The notes under the pieces are model-generated. The model was not told the DNA's origin, searched no databases, and worked only from the letters and a program-made list of their open reading frames with translations. From contig NOWV01000180.1 of NCBI GenBank assembly GCA_003344405.1, positions 124,001 to 160,530 of the forward strand: DNA of 36,530 nucleotides, written 5' to 3'. Both the position numbers and the translations under genes were made by a program. Below, in pieces: positions 1 through 9,700 of this stretch (within the stretch, counting starts at the first letter, position 1; every line of letters starts with the position of its first letter). Origin of the DNA: Trichoplax sp. H2 (taxonomy: Eukaryota).

Positions 1-414
1 TTGAATCTACTTTTTCTGATTGAAAGAATGCAGCCATTAATGAAGTTCAAAATAACAAGGTTACCTTAAACAGAAACTAAATATTCCTTGGACATAAAAA
101 ATGTCAAATGACATGCATTTCTTGATAGCGGTACTGAAGATTTACAAAAGGACCAGAAAATGTATCTCAACGTAAATATTAGGGTTAGGGTTGCGATTCT
201 AAGAATAATCGATAATTACAATCTACGTTGACATCAATTCACGATGTAGTAATCATTAAACATAGACAAGCGACAACCCATAATATTTAGCACTTTTTAT
301 TTCATATTGCTAATTTGATAAATGAACACATTAGCATATCGAATATCGTCGTAGTAATAGAAGACGCGTCAAAACACAATAGTACGATCGTTAGAGCAAA
401 TTACAACAGCCCCA

Positions 415-3115
415 TTACAGCTTGTTAAATGCTGCGACATCAACACTTTGGACCTAAATCGTATGAGAGTAAGAATAATTCAGAATGATCATGAGAATAA
501 TTTCTGATTTACTGATGACAGGCCTTTACTGTATAATACATAATACAAGGAATATAAAGACAGCTAGAACTTTCATATCTATACAGTAGTAATCTATAAA
601 GAAATGTATTGTAATTACCAAGTCTTCAAATTCTACTATCTTTTCTTCCAAGAAGTCTGTGCCAACTTTATCATCTTCCACAACACAAGAGATTTGTAGC
701 TTCTTTATACCGTAACCAACTGCTACTAATTTCGCTATTTAAAAGGTGACAATAAAATAAATTGAAGTTATTACTAAATTATACGGTATCAATTAGTTAG
801 CAATCTAGTAAAGTCTACCTGGTCCCCATAGAAGACCATCCGATTCAATTGTTCTTACTAGTCTTTCCATTTCAGCCATGTCTAATTTAATAATATCAAT
901 TTAATTTTTAAGATTTAATTTAAACACATAACTACTGTACGCTGATAGTTATCACTAAGTAAATAAATGATAGGTGATGGTAATAATGCCATACCAGTTT
1001 CATCGTCCCACTTTCAAGATTGTAGCGTCAAGAAGAAATAGAACAGCTTTTTAGGCTTAATAATTTCGTTAAGTTACTATACAAAATACGTGCGTATAAC
1101 GTAGTAGTCATACCGGTTTTACATCAAGGATGATATTGGATTTTGCTATTACAGGATTTTCTAAAAACATAGATATGAAGAAAATGCTTAAATATCGTGA
1201 AAACTCGTACGTTTAAATCTTAATACATCTTATAAAATCAAGAACGATGTGAATCTTTTACAACAGCAGCATATAGCAAGAACATACTCTTAGCTTTGCG
1301 CTTCTCATATTCAGCTATTCTTTCTGCCTTTACATCTTCCGCTTCATCTGCCTATAATTCAAAAAATACAACTATGTCACTAAATAATGTAATGCCGACA
1401 ATGATAGCATTTAGTTATCATTTACATCATCGTCACTGCCGAAAAGATCGAAGTCGTCGTCATCTTCAGCGTCTTCTTTGTCCTCTTCCTGATATTGGTC
1501 ATCGATGGAATGAAAGCGATAGCAATAAAATAGGATTAACAGTTATGCGGATATGTCGGAAAATAAGTCACTAAAAGGGTTAGATTGCAGTTCTTATCTT
1601 CGATATTAAAGCTATTTGCCTAAACTTGATACCTTGCTATTAACCTGCGTTGCCGTTGCATCTTTCTTATCATCTAATTCAAGTGTCTTAATTCTTGCTT
1701 CAAGCTTTGCAACTGCTTTCTCCAAACTAGTTGTCGCTAAAAACAAGAACGATCGTTATGTAATCATGTCTATCTATGCCACTTTATATTATTATTTGTC
1801 GTACAATGTGGGTTTATCCATAATTAAATTTTGCAAGATAGATAAACTACGAGTACATGCAATTACAGTATATAATACAAAAGCTGTACAATACAGCTAG
1901 ACTCTGGTAAAATACTTATTTATGCGATAAGATATAGCGTACACTAGTAGAACAAACATCAATACAATATGCGCACCATCATACTGAAAGTTACCTTTCC
2001 TTAAATTTTGGTTTTCCAACTCTAGAGAATTTACACGTTCAATCAATTTGGATGTCATCTATAAGTGTATTCAAAGTACGGTATAATGCGTAAGATTGGT
2101 ACAAAAATAGCAACAACCTATTAAGATTGATTATTTTCTATCTTTAATTTATTAATTAAACCATATAATCATCTACAGTATATTTAACGTTGAACAAACT
2201 GTAGTAAAGAGTAAGCATGTAAAGTGTGTACTGTACACTAGTAATTATACAGTACTGTATACTGTATATAAGCAAGCGTATGATCAACCGACAATCGATC
2301 CGATCTTAGCCGTTGCAATAGGTATTCTTCATATTTAAACTGTTACGATTGCAACAGCGATAAATAATTGGAATATAAATACATGTCAAGAATGGTCGGT
2401 TATGATGGTACAGAAAAATAGATTCTACAGGTGTTGTACCATCAACCAATCCTATGGTAAATTATAAGTTATAATTATTAACGCCAACGTACGCGTATCT
2501 CTGTGATATATGCATGGATTGGCATCCCATTCATACGCGTAATTATACTGTAGACTCTACAATTCAATTTGTAGATTCATACACTGATAATTAATCTATA
2601 CGTCAAAACATCAGTATAGACGTACACATAAATTACTTCTAGTTCCGTCAATGTACTCATAATCGCTACACTATCATTGAAACATGGATAGCTTACGAAG
2701 TTATTCATAAGTAATACTATCATTCCAATCACAGTATCTCTATGCTCTCTATACCTCTTCTTCTTCTGATATGATTTCTTCTGCTGAAATTTGGCGGCCC
2801 TGGAGTAGGTATGAAAATGGAATAGTATTACAGTGTGCATAATTTAAAATGATTGATCTAGATCATCACTGTTCACCCTATCTAGACCGAGATTATTACA
2901 CTAGTCATGTATTTCGACGAAAGATCATTTCCTGTACAGTACTATCATTCTATCTGTGACTTGATCAAAATTAGTAGACCTTGCATAAGCGTCCATCATA
3001 CCTTTACAACCAAGCCCGAGTGTCGATGAGCGATACTGATTTGATATTTTGACTCGGCTTCTTCGTATCTGAATTTATCAAGCCAGACAGTCTCGTGGAT
3101 AAGAGCAGCAGTCAT
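415..3115 (-). CDS. EEF1D: Translation elongation factor 1-delta (eEF1B-delta), 11 coding exons, 244 aa
   Basis: Manually spliced GT-AG exons: 3002-3115, 2755-2799, 1995-2058, 1633-1736, 1426-1488, 1288-1351, 1114-1160, 995-1010, 819-881, 619-734, 415-453 (735 nt, phases consistent). Protein: [21 protein letters not shown] (delta-type N-terminus), leucine zipper [31 protein letters not shown], acidic [15 protein letters not shown] domain [59 protein letters not shown]. Confidence 0.95.
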
Positions 3116-3892
3116 CAAATGTTCGCTAAGTGTCACTTAGATCGAAGTAGAAAAATAGGAAGCAATAAATTATGCAGGGAATGGTTGAGGACTTGCCAAG
3201 TGCACAGGCCAAGGTGACGAAGAAATTGGTTACCACACCGCGTTCACGTTCTATGGCTACAGTGTACAGTATAGTACAGTACTGTATATGTACTGTACAC
3301 TGTACAGTATAGTACTGTACTGTATGCACTAGCAGTATACTGTATGGAACATGGATTAGCAGCACTATTTTTTGACCTAACAGCGTGCCGTTGATAGCCT
3401 ATAATTACCGTGCAAAAAGTAAAAGCACGTGTACACAGCGGGCTACGGAACGAAGGACAGACTTGATTCGCCTCAAGCTGATACAGTCTACAATTCTCAG
3501 TACTGTACAAACTGTAAACGAATCGCTACCTGTACAGTGTACAGGTCTGTAGCAAAAATAATGTCGCTCTTAAAAGAACCACTTAAGTAATGTCTTTACT
3601 AACAAATCAAGTCTCATTGGGTGACATTATTTTTGGTATAGACTAGAATACTACAGTACCCACTATACAGTGTATAGTGGACGGTGCAACAGTGGCTGTG
3701 GTAATGATTCGACCCTCCGTACCGTACAATGTACTGCACATGGTTGAACTTGACGACTGCAGTGTGTACTGTACGGTTAACGCTGCGATAGGTCGTGCAC
3801 TTTGAACCCATCCATCGATCACTACAAGGTGTAAGTAATTCCACTATCCACTACCCTATCATTCAGCCTTTTTCATCCGTCGTTTGGTCAGA
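3116..3892. promoter_or_regulatory. Bidirectional (head-to-head) promoter region of EEF1D and CPT2
   Basis: The divergent start codons are ~780 bp apart. The region is richer in GC/CpG than its flanks and dense in TACAGT/ACTGTA motifs. Confidence 0.6.
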
Positions 3893-6800
3893 ATGGCTTA
3901 TTCGTCGATTCAATTAGCTAATAGTAAATTATCACCCCGAATTCTTCGTTATGGAAGTTATGCTAAGGTAAAGTAATACAGTATTATTGTGTCAGAACTG
4001 GTTTACCTTTCTTGTTTATTTACACTTGCAGTCCAGTGGATGAATTACATTTGAATAGATCGAATTGATTGATAAATCATATCATTGCAGTATTGCACAC
4101 GGTTGGTCTCCACGATAGATCATCGCCTTTGTCAATGATCAGTCAGTAGTTGATTATTTTTACTATACTCAAGTGGTAGATCTATCCAACTGGTGGAATG
4201 GCTATGAAAAGAGCGCGCTAGATTAAAGTTGATTTCAATCGATCATCAGCAGTTAATAACGTTAGTGGTTGTTATCTAATCTTGACATGTCGTTATAACA
4301 ATGGATATCGTAGCTACTATTGAGGCCGCGATTACCTTAATCCCTTTATCAACCATGACCCTTTTCAATCTTAGCCTATAATTTCACAATGCTATTTCCG
4401 TTAATGTAGACATTCTTAGTTCGATATTCACTTAAAATCAGGCTATTACCTTTAAAATATTCTGAATGATTAATGATGATAACATACCAACGTGCGAATA
4501 TGTTGATCGCATACAATCTCAATGGATATTACTCTCATACTTGCAAGTGCTGTAGTACAAGTAGCTGAGTAAATAGAAAACAAATCCACTACTAGTAACA
4601 CATAATATTCCTGTATTGAGTAATATCCTACGCTTAATAAAGTATTAAAATGCTAAAGCCCAAACGTACTGTAAAAATTGATGATCAAGCAGTTAACGCG
4701 CGCTACAGAGACGATACAGTGGACTTTAGTTCCTATTGTATACCTCCACGTTGATGGATCAAAGGTATATGATTAAAATCCAATACCCAATTATCGAATG
4801 ATAATAACATGCAATATACAAACGAATCAAGGTATAGATCCCTACTGATCATCAATAATAACGTAATAAAACTAGAGATAATTGATTGTATAAATCATTA
4901 ATCACTTCATGATTATTTAATTAAGTTAAATCAACTAAAGTAATATTCTCACAATGACCTTCTACCGATACCTGCAATATCGTTTTTTAAACAGAACTGT
5001 ATGTTATGAATGTGAACATAGAGTATTGGTACGTCAATAACCATGCTGTACTGTACTCTACTCTACACGATGTCGTCATAGTAATCACCAATGTATTTAC
5101 TGCTGGTTAAAGCTAAAGTTAGCCGCGGTAGTCACTAAATTGCTGTAAATATCTTAATTTCAATATCACAACCTAAACTACAATAAGATTAAATTTAAGG
5201 TAAAAATAGCTCAGGTAGCAAATTTAACTCATAATGTTAACCTTTTAAGCCTTCAAGATTGTAACAGATTTATCATTTATTGTACATAGGAGTCCGCGGC
5301 ACTCATTATTTCACCCAAGTTGCGAAAATCCTACGCAAGGTATAGTACAGTATTCCTCTATACATACATGTATATATACTGGACCCGTTTAAACTCATGT
5401 ATAATTTAATTGTATCAATATAGAAACCAATACTCACTCTATGTATAAATGTTATTCGTTTATTTAACTAGATATGCTAGTCAAGAGATTTATTACCATT
5501 AAAATTATAATTTATAATAATAGCAACAACAGAAATTTTCGTTGAGACATCTTTCTTGTATTGCTACTATTATTATTGTTTTATTAGTAAAATGAACGGT
5601 CAATTTTGACAACATCAATGCCTCGTATTCTACCCATAGAGTTATAATTTATTAACGTATGATATTAATGACTAATTATCGGTGCCGTAGATTAGAAGTA
5701 ATGCAGTCAATCTAGATCCCTGGTCGTTATTAGCTATGATTTTTCATTAAAGTTACGCAAAGTTAATGTATTGATAGCTTTTTCTAAAAGTCAAGAATTG
5801 ATATTTTCGTAAAATTATCTAGTGCCGCCATTGATAAGGAACTTGACGATGGTTACCTTCATCATAGCGTCGTTCCAACTATGCACTATCAACCAAGTCT
5901 GCCGAGATTACCAATCCCATCATTAGAAAAGACTTGCATGAGGTATTTAAACGGTGTTCAACCATTGCTCTCCGCAAAAGAGTTCGAACAAACAAGTAGA
6001 ATAGTTAAAGACTTTGAAGAAAATGAGGGCAAAGGTAAAACATGCGTTAGAACGAAAATAGCTGATATAAAATAGATTAGCAAATTATATTTACAACACA
6101 GTATTTCTAGTTGTAAGTTAACTCGTAATGTAATACATTTATTCCAGCCTTACACAAAGAATTGGTTGAAAATGATAAAAAAAACAAGCACACCAGCTAT
6201 ATTGCAAGTAAATAATAGCTTAAAAACTTATATCATTTATATGATATCATCATTTAAATAATGTGAGAATCATTTACCTTTTATAACAGAGCCGTGGATG
6301 GATATGTATTTGTCGGATCGAACAGCTATTCCTATCAATTATAATCCGGGTCTAATATTTTTGAATAAAAATCCACAAATTACAGACCAGGTAAAAATTT
6401 TTATTGATCTTACCTTCTGTTGGTTTCGAGATGTCTGTTAATATAAATTTTATAGACCTGTACGTATTTCTTTGGCTTACGCAAAATGTAGCACGGACAC
6501 AGTGACTAAGAATGCTGTTATTTATAAATAAATATATAGATTTATTTGTAAAAACTTATAATTATTTTTCTTGTATGTTGCAATCAGGCACTACGAGCCA
6601 CTGGAATAATTTACTCTAGCCTCAGATTTATGCGATCATTGGAAACTAATAAATTGACCCCTGACATCTTTCACCTTAACCCAAAGAATAGTGATACCAA
6701 ATGGTTTCATAATTTAGTGAGGTCTGATGAATGCTAATGATGCTTTATTTGATAGCTCCTAGTAATTGATATAGTATTACTTCGACATTCTAATATTTAC

Positions 6801-8805
6801 ATTTTATGTTAAACGATAACTTACTATGTAACATAGATTTAAAATCGAATAAAATATTCCATATTAAATACGAAACCTTTGTCTATGATTATATATATTT
6901 TATATCACCTAATTTGTACATGTACCATTTTTTTTACGTTGGGCATTATTGTAGACTTACTCCTAGCAACTATTCTTGGTATGCTGCCTATTTAGCTAAT
7001 GCCTATCCGCTGGATATGAGTCAGTATAAGAACTTGTTTAAATCAACGCGTATTCCTAAGCTTAACATGGACTATAATCAAGCATTTCCTGATTCTAATC
7101 ATATACTGGTGATGAAAAATGGTCGTTTTTATACGTTTAATGTTATTGATCCTATTGATGGTATGTATACAGGTTGCATAACTTAGCAATATTGCATAAA
7201 TGTGCTCGTCGTTTACTGCATTCTATAACGAGAACTGCTATTTTAACGGTTCTAAGGTTCTCCGCTACCTCCCGCATATATTTACGCACAACTACGTAAT
7301 ATTGCCGAGAGCGAGTCTTCACCTCCTGAGTTTCCTATTAATTTCTTAACAACCGAAAATCGCGATACCTGGGCTAATCTTAGAGAAGAATTAGAAGCTG
7401 ATGAATTAAATGCCGAATCTTTAAAAGCAATTGACAGTGCCATATTGGCACTGTGTTTAGATGATGTTGGACATGATGACCCTGCTAAAGCTATGTTACA
7501 AGTATTACACGGAAACGGATATAATAGGTATAGAACTACAATTATATATTATATTATAGACTTTTAAATATTTTTACACGATGATATATGTCCAAAACTG
7601 ACATGTTTTCTTTAACTTAGATGGTTTGATAAATCGTTTCAAATAATAGTCAATAAGAAAGGTGAGGGTGCGATGAATTTTGAACATGCTTGGGGTGATG
7701 GAGTGGCAGTAATGCGTTATGTAATAGACATGATCGATGACAGTAGTAAGAATTTAATTACTAAAGGTAAGAATTTCGGTACTGTTATAAGATCTCCGTA
7801 AATGGAGTGCTCACAATAAAAGTCTATAGGAATCGCATAATCTCTTTATATTGTTTAGAATCCGTCTCGAGCAATGTTGATATTGAAAGTCAGACCAAGG
7901 AGCTACAATTTAACTTGAGCGAAAATTTAAAATCTAGTATAAATGTAGCCAAGGAAAATTTTGTCGCTCTCAGTAATACACTAGAATCTCAAGTCGTACA
8001 ATATGAAAAAATGAATAAGAATTACATAAAAGAAAAAAGATTGAGTCCGGATTCAGTTATGCAGCTTGCATTACAGGCATGCCACTCTTGAATTAAAAAT
8101 TTTTTAATTTATATACTTTACAATTGTTCTTTATTGAATGAAAATAAATTATTTATTCAATCAGCTCGCCTACTATAGAATGACAGGTCAAATTCCAACT
8201 GTTTATGAATCATGCAGTACTGCTGCTTTCAAGCACGGTCGAACTGAATGCCTAAGGTCTGTATCGATGTTAACAAAAGCATGCTGTGAAGCTTTTGGTA
8301 GGAATAATCCAGCTACTGCATCCGAGATAAGAGAGCTTATGGGAAAGTGTTCCGATTATCATGGAAAACTGACAAGAGAAGCATCTATGGGCAAGTCTAT
8401 ATTTACGTTATTGCTGTAGCCAAATATGAATATATTTTCTTTTGAACGATATTTTCTTGTTTTATAGGTCAAGGATTTGATCGCCATCTGTTTGCATTAA
8501 GAGTTTTAGCCGCATCAAGCTTAAATAAATTGCCCGATATCTTCTTGGATCCTACTTTTAGCAAGGCTTCACACTTTACCTTATCAACGAGCACTTTAGG
8601 AACTGAGTACATTACCAACGGTGGTTTCGGCCCTGTAGTTAAAGATGGTCTTGGGCTGCCCTATATGGTCCTTAATGACTTTGTTGGGGTGACAATAACT
8701 AGCTATGAACCAAAAGGACGTGCTCAAGCTTTCGCAGATAGTGTCAAAAGAAGTTTAGATGACATTTACGATGTTCTAAATGGTAAAAATTTCAAGTCTA
8801 AATGA
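3893..8805 (+). CDS. CPT2: Carnitine O-palmitoyltransferase 2, mitochondrial
   Basis: Exons: 3893-3967 (basic/Ser-rich presequence), a phase-bridging exon (5290-5339 or 4091-4101), 5823-6034 (YLHHSVVPTMHYQPSLPRLPIP), 6148-6207, 6290-6390, 6588-6721, 6955-7160 (YPLDMSQY), 7257-7527, 7621-7766 (RWFDKS, catalytic FEHAWGDG), 7859-8076 (SPDSVMQLALQ), 8165-8390 (YESCSTAAFKHGRTE), 8468-8805 (GQGFDRHLFAL, LSTSTL, GGFGPVVKDGLG). The 5' exon choice is uncertain. Confidence 0.93.
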
Positions 8806-9700
8806 ATGTAACAATTCATAGAGCTAAAGTGCTAATATTACTGAAGACTTTCTTTCTCTATAAACAAGTAATTAGTTTATGTTAAGATACGTAAGTTATT
8901 GATATTTTGGATACAGTACAGTGCAGCTATGATAAAATTGCATAAATGTCATCAATATTTAGCGTACATATTTTTTATCGGTTGAAAATTATTAGACGGT
9001 TTAACGTTAAATCTACACCAAACTGTGTTAATGTACTTAAATGTACGGGCATACATTCGTGCAATTTCATTCTTTTCACGAATATTTGTACTGTAATGGC
9101 TTAATCTGTTCGTGATTGGGCTCGATTCTCTTCGATTGCGAATGTGGTTATAATATTGCGATATTAGTAAGGAATATTAGTAAAGCAAATTGATTAAAGA
9201 GATTCCTCTGATTCGACTATTGTGCTCACTCATATTAATTGTAAGACAGAAAATGGAACAATAAATGTGCGAGTTGCGAGTAAGTTGATTTATTCCTTAA
9301 TGGTCACACCATGGCATAGTACAAAGAATTCCCTTTATCATAATTATTACCACCCTTAGTTCCAGCATACGAATATAAATAAATACTGGTTAAGACCGGA
9401 AATTTTATTTCTTAAATAGTATTTCGATAGTATCTACTATTGTTCTGTATGCGTATAGACTCTCAGATCATCTATAGTGCTAAAAAAATCGTTGGTATAT
9501 GATTATATATCTGCATACCTAGCTATCCCTATGGTCCAACTCGAAGTATAATCTGATACGTAGAATATAGTGTATTCTTATATTGCAAAGAGGTACAGTG
9601 CATCTAAAATAGCTTACTTGTGATTACATAAGGAGTTTCATTCTTACCTTGTTATTGATATTTAAAAGTTAGGAGAGCACTTATAATAAAGAGTTTGTTG

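Noticed and set aside
1296..1900. Plus-strand ORFs of 92 and 94 aa
   Set aside because: They are antisense shadows of EEF1D exons.
2800..2875. C-box GTGATGA in EEF1D intron 1
   Set aside because: No downstream CTGA D box or terminal stem before the acceptor.
3126..3844. Minus-strand ORFs rich in Y/T/V/C
   Set aside because: They are translations of low-complexity TACAGT promoter DNA.
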